64,000 nt of DNA from Chiloscyllium plagiosum (taxonomy: Eukaryota): assembly GCF_004010195.1 (NCBI RefSeq), contig NC_057728.1, positions 40,132,918 through 40,196,917 of the forward strand, in the 5' to 3' direction. Positions 53,978 to 64,000 of this stretch are shown here, in pieces (position 1 is the first letter of the stretch; each line of letters starts with the position of its first letter). A model generated the notes under the pieces. It had not been told where the DNA came from and did no database searches. It saw nothing but the letters and a program-made list of their open reading frames with translations. The position numbers and the translations under genes were made by a program.

Positions 53978-55180
53978 GCTAAAAATCACACAACACCAGG
54001 TTATAGTCCAACAGGTTTATTTTAGATTAGATTATATTCCCTACAGTGAGGAAACAGGCCCTTTGGCCCAACAAGTCCACACCCTCTGAAGGGCAACCCA
54101 CCCAGACCCATTCCCTACACCTAACACTACGGGCAATCTAGCATGGCCAATTCACCTAACCTGCACATTTTTGGACTGTGGAAGGAAACCCACACAGACA
54201 CAGAGAGAATGTGCAAACTCCACACAGACAGTTGCCTGAGGCGGGAATTGAACCTGGGTCTCTGGCGCTGTGAGGCAGCAGTGCTGACCACTGTGCCACC
54301 GTGCCACCTATTGGAAGCACTAGCTTTCGGAGTGCTGCTCCTTCATCACGTGGTTGTAGAGAATAAGATCGTAAGACACAGAACTTATAGCAAAGTTTAC
54401 AGCATGATGTAACTGAAATCATATATTGAAAAATACCTGAATTGTTTGTAAAGTCTCTCATCATTAAGAATGAACATGTTGGTTTAGGTTCTTTCATATG
54501 TAAATTGCAAAACTTTTTTAAAGTTACATTCTCAAGTGAACTTTAACAATTGGTGTCATGTCGGCCAGATAATGCATTGAAGGTGTGAGGTGCCCTGTGT
54601 CAGACTGTCTGTGCCACAATGGTCAGACAGATTCTCATCTAAAAAACGGATTTAAGAATCTTACATGGATTCATGCAGTTTTTGAGCAAAATAAAATGTA
54701 ATTCTGCTCAGCCACTTTGCGTTGTTACCTGTCCCGAAGCCTGCCTTGGAGGACGGTCACCCGAAAGTCTGAGGTCGAATGTCCCGGACCGTTGAAGTGT
54801 TCCCCGACTGGGAGGAAACACTCCTGTCTGTTGATTGTTGTGTGAACATCTTGCGGCAGATATGACACCAATTGTTAAAGTTCACTTGAGAATGTAACAT
54901 TTAAATGTTCTGCGATTTACATATGAAAGAACTGAAACCAACATATTCATTCTAAAAGATGAGAGACTTACCAAAAATTCCAGGTCTTTTTCAATACATA
55001 ATTTCAGTTACATCACGCTGTAAACGTTTGCTATAAATTCTGTGACTTATGATCTTATTCTCCACAACCACCTGAAAGCTCTGAAAGCTAGTGATTCCAA
55101 ACAAACATGTTAGACTATAACCCGGTGTTGTGTGATTTTTAACTTTGTACACCCCAGTCTAACACTAGCATCTCCAAATC
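53978..55180. mobile_element. Penelope-derived element with ~300-bp inverted arms and a GIY-YIG C-terminal fragment
   Basis: Left arm 53980-54560 (minus the SINE) is inverted relative to 54862-55142; minus strand 54705-54845 reads LPVGEHFNGPGHSTSDFRVTVLQG; same termini as the 46684 element. Confidence 0.85.
54022..54308 (-). mobile_element. HE1-type SINE nested in the PLE arm
   Basis: Full reverse copy interrupting GTTTATT|GGAAGCAC. Confidence 0.9.
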
Positions 55181-55379
55181 TAGAGAAGCTAGTTTGAGAA
55201 GATAAGATATCGTTAGATGGTAAAAACAGTATGTAATGGATAGAGCCTACACTCCCACAATTGGACAAAATTCTGTCACTGAACCAAATGCAGTTGTGCA
55301 GGTTAGTGGAAGGAGTGACTTGGCCTCTAATAGAATCTTGCTGCCTGAACTTTGACACACGCAGCCACAGAGGAGTCCA

Positions 55380-57365
55380 GCAGATGTGTAAAAGAAATGG
55401 CTCTGAAATACTTGGAAGTGGTTTCAGCCTGAAGTGCTGAATAAACAATTCTAATTAGCAGTTGGAGTACAATGTGGGAAAATGTGAAATTGTTCACATT
55501 GAGAGGAAGAATGAAAAAAATTGTATTATTTAGATGGGGAATGACAGCAGAATTGCAAGCTACAGGTGGATTTAGATGTTGTGGTATGTGATTCATAAAT
55601 AGTTAGTATTCATGTACAGCATGTAATCAAAAAGAATAATGGGAATCCATCCTTTATTACTTTTACGTAAAAGTAATAAGGCCATTATGCTCACATGGGG
55701 AATTGTTAAGACTACATCTTTGGTACTTGTGTGCAGTTTAGATCTCATTTTTCAAGGAAGGATGTCAATGCATTGGAGGGAGTTCAGAGGAGATTTACAC
55801 AATTAATGAATGGATTACTTATGAGAGTAGATTAGAAAGGCTGGCAATGCATCCATTGGAATTCCAGAGCGACTTTATTGAAGTGTGTAAGATCTTGAAT
55901 GGTCTTCACAAGTTGGATCTGGAAAGGATGTTTCCACTTGAATCAGTCCAGAACTGTTTTAAAATTAAGGGTTGCCCTTTCAGAATAGCAATGAAGATTT
56001 TTTTTCTCGCAGAAGGTTTTGTGGTTTCGGAACTCAGAAGACAGTGGGGACAGAGTTACTGAATATTCTTATGATGGAGGTAGACAGATCTTGTTAGACA
56101 GAGGACTTAAGGGCTAACAGGAATAGATGGGAATGTGGAAGTCTAAGCACACACAGATCCTGGTGATATTATTACTAGACTGTTATGCTAGAGACCCAGG
56201 AAATATCCTGGGGACAAGGTGTGAATCCTGCCATTGCAGATGGTCGAATTTGAATTCATTACAAAAAAATATGGAATTAAGAGTCTTAATGATGACCATG
56301 AATTCATTGCCAATTGCTGGATAAACCCACGTGGTTCACTAATGTCTATTAGGGGAGGAAATCTGTCACCCTTATCTGGTCTGGCCTATGTGTGACTCCA
56401 GAACCAAAGCAATATGGTTGACTCTTAACTGTCCTCTGGGCAATAAATGCCGGTTCTGCCAGTGATGCCATCATCCCATTAATGATTTTTTTTTTAAAAA
56501 ATCAACGTTATCGAATACTGGAGCAGGTTCCTGGAGCCAAATGATCTACTTCTACTCCCATTTTGAATGTTCATATTTAATCTCTCCTAAAGGTTTCCAA
56601 CCAGGTTCGCTGTCAATGTGAAGCCATTTGGGCTCATTCCAAGTGGAATTTGGCATCAGCTGTATACGCTGGATCCAACATGGTACATAAGCTCCATCAA
56701 CAATGGAGTAACTCATAGCATATGGCAGAAGCTGGTGGACTACCAATCACTTGTCAGCCAATCCTGGGCTGACAAGTGACAATAAAAGTGGCATGTTCGG
56801 TTCACAACTGGCTGAGAGGCAATAAGCAGAGATATCTTTCTGTAACTGCAAGTCTGTTTCCAGTGGGGATCCTTAGGGCTCAGTGTGGGGGCCCTTGTTG
56901 TTTTTGATGTACATTAGTAGAACATAGAACAGTACAGCACAGTACAGGCCCTTCAGCCCTCGATGACGTGCCAGCTTTTTATCCTACTCTTAAGATCAGA
57001 CTAACCTAATTTGGACTTAAATGCAGGCAGCATGATTGAAAGGTTTGTGGATTACATGAAAATTGGTAGAGTGGCAAATAGTTAGGAAAGACATTCTGGC
57101 TATTGAGGGAGTGCAGCATAGGTTCACGAGGTCAATTCCTGGAATGGGTGGAATGCTCTGCTCCAGAGGGCAGTGGAGGCCTAGTCTCTGGATTCATTTA
57201 AGAAAGAGTTGGATAGAGCTCTCAAGATTGTGGAATCAAGGGTTATGGAGATAAGGCAGGAACAGGATACTGATTAAAGAAGATCAGCCATGATCATATT
57301 GAATGGTGGTGCAGGCTCGAAGGGCAGAATGGCCTACTCCTGCACCTATTGTTTATTGTCTATTG
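55380..57365 (+). mobile_element. Cluster of degraded CR1 fragments with a nested SINE
   Basis: DFIEVCKIL and KDILAIEGVQHRFTR motifs; CR1 3' tail at 57290-57365. Confidence 0.7.
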
Positions 57366-58095
57366 TCAGGTTGATGTTAGTATTGCAATTATTCTGGAAC
57401 AGCTAAGTTCAGGATACAGCTAATTCTGGAGCGCAGTTCTTCAGTCCAACAGTCAGGATGTTATTGGTGCCCATAGCCTTTCCTGCATCCAGTGCCTTCA
57501 CTTACTTCTTCATATAATCTGGAGTCAATTGAATTGGCTGAAGTCTGGCATGTTGACGACTTCAGGATGAGGCCAAAATGGATCATCCACTTTGTACCTC
57601 TGGCTGAAAATGGTTGTAAAAGTTGCTTGAGTCTTGACTGACATGCTAGGTTACCTCTTCATTAAGGATGGGGATGTTTGTTGAGCCTCGTCATCAGGTT
57701 AATTGTTTAGTTATTCATCATCACCGCAGAATTTGATATGCTCAGCTGGTTATGGGATCACTTAGCTCTGTTTATCATATGCTGCTGCTGTTTAGCATTC
57801 TTTCTCTCTAATGTTGTAGCTTCAACAGATTGACACCTGCTCTGCTTATGCTGTTCCTGGCATGCACACCTACATTCTTCTTTGAACCAGGATTGATCCT
57901 CTGACTTGCTGATAATGGTCAGGTGACTGATATGCTAGACCATGAGATTACAGTTTATTATAAACTACATTTAATCCTTCAGCATCTCAAATTTTGAGAT
58001 ATCGGATATGGTCTGAATTTATTCAATTTGGTTTCATGTAGTACAAGACGTCATGATAGATGGATACTGAATTTGAAGATGGAACTTGGTCACCA

Positions 58096-58434
58096 CATAG
58101 AATCCCAATAGTGTTGAAGCAGGCCATTTGGCCCATTGAGTCCATACTGACCCTCCAAAGAGCATCCCCCCCAGACCCACATCCCTACCCTATAACCCTA
58201 CATTTCCCATGGCTAATCCACCATCCTTGCACATCCCTGGATGTTATAGGCAATTTAGCATGGCCAATCCACCTAACCTGCATATCATTGGACTGTGGGG
58301 AAAAAAAACAGAGTATCTGGAGGACATGGGGAGAATGTGCAAACTGCACACAGACAGTTGCCTGAGAGTGGAATCAAACCTGGGTCCCTGGCACTGTGAG
58401 GCAGCAGTGCTAACTGCTGAGCAACCGTGCCACC
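58096..58434 (-). mobile_element. HE1-type SINE (last recognisable young repeat before IFNG)
   Basis: Full reverse copy. Confidence 0.88.
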
Positions 58435-59339
58435 CTGAATATCTTTGGATTCAAATGACAACAATTTTCTTTCACAAAACATCTATTAGCAACTTGATTG
58501 CTGTAGTCTTTTTAAATAGAATATTATAAAATAAAATAAACAATTCGCACAAAATGTTTACATAGCACTGAGTGTACTTCTATGCTGCCTTACCAACTGA
58601 TGTCTGTGCTAATTATTGGGAAGAGATATAAGTGATAATGAAGAGGAGAATTTCCTTATTATGAGAATTTAGACCTCAAAGTGTTCTAGGCCTTTCTCTC
58701 TCTTCAATACTGATGGACCCCATACCCTCTGTTGGTCTAACCTGGTGATATATTTGGGAAAGGTATTGGAGGAACCAAGTACTTTGGTTATGATTCAATG
58801 AGCATGCCTGTATCAGACCATTTCTTGATTAGACATTTGGACTGCCTTCCCAATTTTGACACACCATCAAGCAGTCAGAAGGGAGATTTGCAGAGTTGAT
58901 TTGCCAGGGTGTGCCTTCTCAGCTAACCTTTCTAAAGAAGGCTTCAGGCCTGAAGCCTAATTTTGATCGCGTCTAAGGTCTGACTGTTTTGTATCTAAAT
59001 TTCAATTCTCAGTTTTGTTACTGGCAAGACTCGAGTTCTGCAATTTTCATTATTCTCTGCCAACCAAGTAATAATAATCTAATAATGGTACTTTTCTACA
59101 CCATTTCTGTAACATTTCTCGAATCTGATTTAGTCTTTGATGTCAGGCATAATATTAAGATTTGTACCTTTATGGTCTTAAAATCTCAATATTGATCTCA
59201 GCTCCTCCAACTTTCTATGGCATCCAACACTCTATCCTTATGTCACTGGTTCTACATCAACCACAACTTCTAAGTGGCTTCCCCTCTTCGTTAGAAGGTC
59301 TTCCAGTACGTTCTGGTAGTCAGACAGGGACAGCGTAAA

Positions 59340-59600
59340 GAAGCATCACTTTGTGGTCTGACCTTCTCCAGCTTGAGAAAGGAGTGGAAAAAAATGCAGC
59401 CTTTTGACATCCTTTCCGTAAAAATATTCTGCTGAGCAAGGCCGCCGATGTCATAAGATTGCTGATTGGTTTGAATTTCCAAGGTGGTGGGGGGGGAGTG
59501 ATTGCTTCACCCCATGTAACCAAAGAGCTGATTCTGATGAGGTGTGAAAACCTCCAGTTTCAAACTTACTGCCGTGAGTCACATTAATTACTGACACAAG
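59340..59600. promoter_or_regulatory. Candidate IFNG upstream enhancer (T-box, AP-1, NFAT, Runx motifs)
   Basis: AGGTGTGAAA 59540-59549, TGAGTCA 59575-59581, TGGAAA 59385-59390, TTTCCA 59476-59481 and TGTGGT 59352-59357 in unique sequence. Confidence 0.5.
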
Positions 59601-60139
59601 CAAGAACTAAACTAACACAGACAAAATCTGCACTTCTGCCTTACTCTACACCCGAAATCAACTGGAGAATAAAAGATTCAAAATACCAGCAGACTCCATC
59701 TTTTGATACACTGGCAAGTCCAGCTACTAAGGTTTATTTCAAATTCAAATATAATGCATAGGATTCAGCCATAAGGGTGTGCATTGGAAGATAACTCATG
59801 TCCAAACCCTTAATCGCTTTTTGTAACAGTGCTATCTGAGCGAAGCAAATTATTTGCTGGAGTGTCAAATTTTAACCAACATGCTAACTTGCATTTTAAA
59901 TCTACACAGCAACCATTGCTCGTACAGGTGATCAAAACCATAAAGTGAAATGAAATTTGCAATCGATAAATCACTTTGGAAGTAATCAGCATGGGTTCGA
60001 GTTTGGTTCATGCACTGAGGAAATTTTAGTTGACTGAATAGTTTAAGAGTTCCAAATAGATCATAAAGATGTTTATCCCTTTCCTCAAGATTTACACATT
60101 TTTTAAATATGAAAGAAATAATTACTTAGAAGTGGCGAT

Positions 60140-60440
60140 CAAGACAAGAGAGGCCTGCTAACCACAAACATTTTCCCACACCAGAGAATGTTTCTTTCGA
60201 AGGATCCCTGAAAACTCAGACTGATCAGGATCTACGTAATCTGCATGGGTGATGTGTCAACTTGTCACTTCATTTGAAGGAAATTATTAACTGAAACCTC
60301 ACAAACCAAACCTCAGGGCTACACCAACGTTTGTCCCATCCTATCTAACACCATCTCAACTTCAATGAATTGCAAAGCAAGTGTGAGCTGGGTATTTTTG
60401 ATGTGCCAAAAATACACAAGTAGCAAGTATAAATGTAAGA
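60140..60440 (+). promoter_or_regulatory. IFNG proximal promoter with TATA box
   Basis: TATAAAT at 60428-60434; CCTATCTAACACCATCTCA at 60340-60358 (GATA/T-box-like); Runx-type AACCACA at 60160-60166. Confidence 0.75.
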
Positions 60441-60539
60441 AGGAACAATGCTTGGCATCAGTCTTACTCGAGCCAGATCAGAGCAAACAAAGAGACTCAC
60501 AGTAGTGACTTTGCGGGACTGTTTGATCTTCTCGAAACT

Positions 60540-60656
60540 ATGATACTTTTTACGTGTTTTATTATTGGAATGGTCAGTCATGTACTTTCAGATTCTGCTG
60601 GATGTGCGCCTCCACAACTATTGGATGAACAACTAACACGGTTGAGCCAAGATTTT
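60540..60656 (+). CDS. IFNG: Interferon gamma, coding exon 1 (signal peptide + helix A)
   Basis: ATG at 60540; MILFTCFIIGMVSHVLSDSAGCAPPQLLDEQLTRLSQDF (117 nt) with a hydrophobic N-terminus; donor TTT|gtaagt at 60657; TATA box about 110 bp upstream. Confidence 0.92.
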
Positions 60657-60903
60657 GTAAGTACTGATATTAATGTATAATGCTTTCATCGTTTATACCT
60701 TTTGATGTCGTGTAGAATGATTATTCATATTGCGTACCATACAAGAGTTAATTACGTAAGAATGTACTATTTTGCGAGATGCAAAGCTTAATTTGATTGT
60801 TCAACTTATCCTACAGAAAGATTTTGAGTTGAATTTGGCTTTATATTGCAAATGCTTAAATTTGGATTCTTATTGTATCACTTGTCATTTGAACCTTTTC
60901 TAG

Positions 60904-60972
60904 AATATAAACCATCCGGATGTTGGAAATGGAGGGGCAATCTTTACCAATATGCTAATGAAGTATAAACAG
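60904..60972 (+). CDS. IFNG: Interferon gamma, coding exon 2
   Basis: Acceptor ccttttctag|, 69 nt, phase 0, NINHPDVGNGGAIFTNMLMKYKQ, donor CAG|gtgaga. Matches the N..H.DV...G.LF motif of tetrapod IFN-gamma exon 2. Confidence 0.95.
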
Positions 60973-61061
60973 GTGAGATTCTGCTGAAAGAATTTTTCTG
61001 TATTTGAACATGCTTCTATTCCACTCCTGTATTCATGTAACCATGATCGTTTGTCTTTCAG

Positions 61062-61256
61062 ATACCTGAAAAAAATGTTATTTTGGAGGCTGTACTGCGC
61101 TCGTACTTGGACTTATTCAAGGTTTTAAAGCAAAAAAGTGAAGTCAAGGACCACATCAGCATTGTTGCTAACAGCTTGAATGAATGTGCGACATCTGCAA
61201 AGTACAGAATGCAAAATGACCTTCTCAATGATCTCAAGAAATTAAGCAACATCAAA
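61062..61256 (+). CDS. IFNG: Interferon gamma, coding exon 3
   Basis: Acceptor ttgtctttcag|, 195 nt, IPEKNVILEAVLRSYLDLFKVLKQKSEVKDHISIVANSLNECATSAKYRMQNDLLNDLKKLSNIK, donor AAA|gtaagc. Same frame as ORF 61083..61307; EK..I...I..Y..LF helix C pattern. Confidence 0.95.
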
Positions 61257-61348
61257 GTAAGCATCTTTCACATTGCCTTTATATTGATTTCTCAAGTTGA
61301 AAACTAATTAGATGTATTTTAAATCTATGTTTATCTTACCTTTGACAG

Positions 61349-61468
61349 TGGGATGATCAAATGGTTCAGCGCAAAGCAATCCTTGAACTTCGTGAAGTTC
61401 TGAACGTAGTGAAAGACACTGGGAAAAAAAGACGCAAGAGGAACATGGGAAGGAGGCCAAGAATCTAA
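61349..61468 (+). CDS. IFNG: Interferon gamma, coding exon 4 (helix F + basic tail, stop)
   Basis: Acceptor cctttgacag|, WDDQMVQRKAILELREVLNVVKDTGKKRRKRNMGRRPRI*. Contains the IFN-gamma [IV]QRKAxxEL signature and a KKRRKR basic/NLS motif; TAA at 61466-61468. Confidence 0.97.
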   Translation, partial: WDDQMVQRKAILELREVLNVVKDTGKKRRKRNMGRRPRI

Positions 61469-62045
61469 AGATTATTTTAATTTAGTTATTGAGTAAAAAT
61501 AGACATGTCCATAAAAATCAAAAGTTAACATATTTATTTCATATTTAATAATTTATAATTGCTGCAAAGACAAGTTTGTTATTTTATTGTTGATTTTACT
61601 AATTGCTCCTTTGTGTCAGTGGACTTTGAATATTTATTAGATAATTATGGAGTTTTATGAATTAAGGTGAAGCTTTTACTGACCTAAGTACAATTTGAAT
61701 TTGGCAAACATTTTTTAAAAATGTTTTTGATCAAACATCTTAAAACCATATGTTTTGTATGGCCAACAGATTGACATTTCAAAAAATGGCAGAACCTACA
61801 AATGCCTATTATGTCTGAGCAGAATATAATTAATTCTGGTACAATTTTTATGCATCTTTCCATTAAGGAAACACTTTCTTTATAATTACAGAAGCCTAAG
61901 CTGTAACAGTTTCATCTTAAAAAGACACACTGGGCAATGTGTACATCTTTTTAAAAAAAAGACAATTTGAAATCTACTTTTGTCAGATCTGTCTCTGAAA
62001 TGTGCTATTAATGAACAGAATAAAATATATACATTTATTTTATAT
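61469..62045 (+). other. IFNG 3' UTR with AU-rich elements and polyA signal
   Basis: ATTTA at 61480, 61532, 61543, 61551 and 61632; AATAAA at 62019-62024 followed by T-rich sequence. Confidence 0.7.
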
Positions 62046-63339
62046 TTTGAGTTTGGATCTATGTGAACACCATTGCAATCTCAATCAACTTTTGTGGCAC
62101 AAGTGAAATCAAACCAAACTTGGCCTTCTGACCATTAAGCTACACTGCCAGTTGAAATGGCTTTGGACCTTGTTAATCAGAAATGGTTCAAGAAATGGAT
62201 AAGTGATAAATGAACAGAAGAATTAAGCTCAATGTATGCAAATCCTAATGAGATGGGCTAAAGACAACACTGTAAAGTATGACAAAATAACTTGCCAACA
62301 CAAAGTTCTTTCCTGGGAGACTGTTCCTTCTGGAATAATCACTGGAAATAAATTACATCTTCACGCTGGAACAATGTAAAAATCTTCAGTGTTCTTTGCC
62401 ATATTTACCAGAATTATGGACATCTGATTTATGGATGCATCAAAAAGCAAATGATTGGAAATGGAAACTGAAAATTGATGGCTATTCACCACTACTGTTG
62501 TCCGATGTGATGGCTCAGTAGCACATTGGATCATAATACCCAATTAATCCACTTAAAATTGTTTCACAACATTCTAGGAAGTTCAATTCATAATAAAAGG
62601 GCATATGACAATATTAAAATGTACACTAGTACTCTTGATGAATAAATTATGCTTAAAATAATTTTCATGACCTATCAGGTGATCAGCAATGTCATAGGTA
62701 TGGGTTTACAAAACAGGAAAGATGGCCTTGAATTTTCTTCATGGCTCATCCTGGAAATTTGACTCAAAATATATCAATTTACAAATCTTTTCTGCTTGTA
62801 TCAAATTATGACCAAATTTACTGGGAATTATAATTCTATGTGCCAGAATATAATATCAACATAGCCATCGAGGAACCATCATACCATCATTTGACCAGCT
62901 TTCATGTTTGCTTGCTACAGCTTGTTAACAACTTTCAGCTGGGTGACTTATTCATTTTTATTGGGAACAACAACACAACAATAATCTATTTAAAGTTCTT
63001 TGAAGAAAATATTGAAGAATTGCAATACTGATGACTTTGTTTTTATTTCTCCATCTGAAATTCTGATCGTATTTTAAATAAATGCATTAAAATGTTAAAT
63101 TGCAGGAAATTTGCCATAAGGTTCTGTAAAGGTTGGGCCACTATTATGAGTAAATATATGTTTGAATGGAGACTTTGAATATAATAGAGCAAGGAAATTT
63201 GATTATATTGTATTTTACTTGCCTAACTCATATCCAAATTCTTTAGTCTTTTCAATTACTTAATTTGAGCTCAGATTGTATGCATCCATAGGCACAATAA
63301 CAAAGGAAATTCCAGATCAACCAGGAATGTACAAATTGC

Positions 63340-64000
63340 TACCAGAATGAGTACTGAGGTGATAAATATAGACCTTTCTCCGAAAAACCATCCGGAGAGA
63401 GATTGAGATGAATAAAAGTGGATTGATATTAGTATTGAATTGAGTGTTGATAAATCCCCGGACCCAGATTCGCTTCATCACAGTATATTGAAGGAAGTAG
63501 CAAAGAGGTGGTGAATGAATTGACAATTATCTTTCATAATTCTATAGATTCTGGAAAAGATTTTGCTGATTCGAGGTAGCAAATGTAACTCCACTATATC
63601 AAAGGGAGGAAAGTGAGTGGCGAACTACAGAACTGTTAAACTTGATGTTAGTAGAGAAAATATTAGAATGTATTATAAAGGATGCAATAACGGGACATCC
63701 AGAAAAGAATGATAAAATTGAGCCAATCACTATGGACTTATGAAAGTGAAATCATGTTCAACATTTTGGAGTTTTTGAGGATGTTATGTACAGTGTACAC
63801 AAAAGGTGTATTTGGATTCTCAGAAAGTTTTTGAGTAGGGATTAATAAATAATTAACAGGAGGTTAATAAATAAAATTGGAGATTTCATGTGATTGGGGA
63901 AAATACTGTATGGGTTGAGAATTGCTCAAAAATCTGAAAGTGAAGAATAAGGTAAAATGGATCGTTCACATGATCACAAGCTGTTACTAATGACGTGTCG
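63340..64000 (+). mobile_element. Old CR1 LINE RT remnant running off the window
   Basis: KSPGPD, VANVTPL, NYRTV and MKVKSC motifs. Confidence 0.75.

Noticed and set aside
60455..60560. PKR-activating 5' UTR pseudoknot as in human IFNG mRNA
   Set aside because: I could not identify the required pairings by eye; it needs folding analysis and a mapped transcription start.

Overview
Repeat-rich vertebrate genomic DNA. The HE1-type SINEs and HER1/CR1 LINEs point to a cartilaginous fish, probably a carpet/bamboo shark (inference). The only host gene I can support is a compact 4-exon interferon-gamma (IFNG) on the + strand at 60540-61468 (166 aa, all introns phase 0, QRKAILEL signature, basic C-terminal tail). 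It has a TATA box, a promoter with blocks resembling the human IFNG promoter, and an AU-rich 3' UTR. The 60 kb upstream has no other recognisable protein-coding exon. It holds CR1/HER1, L1, L2, HE1 and other SINEs, Gypsy and Harbinger fossils, and several Penelope-like (PLE) families. The PLE termini carry minimal hammerhead-ribozyme-like motifs and give rise to short palindromic insertions with target-site duplications (TSDs). Unique stretches contain candidate regulatory elements (CTCF motif, CpG-rich patch, T-box/AP-1/NFAT/Runx cluster) and a possible antisense exon. Repeat boundaries are approximate unless TSDs are quoted. No searches were run, so family assignments come from recalled motifs.
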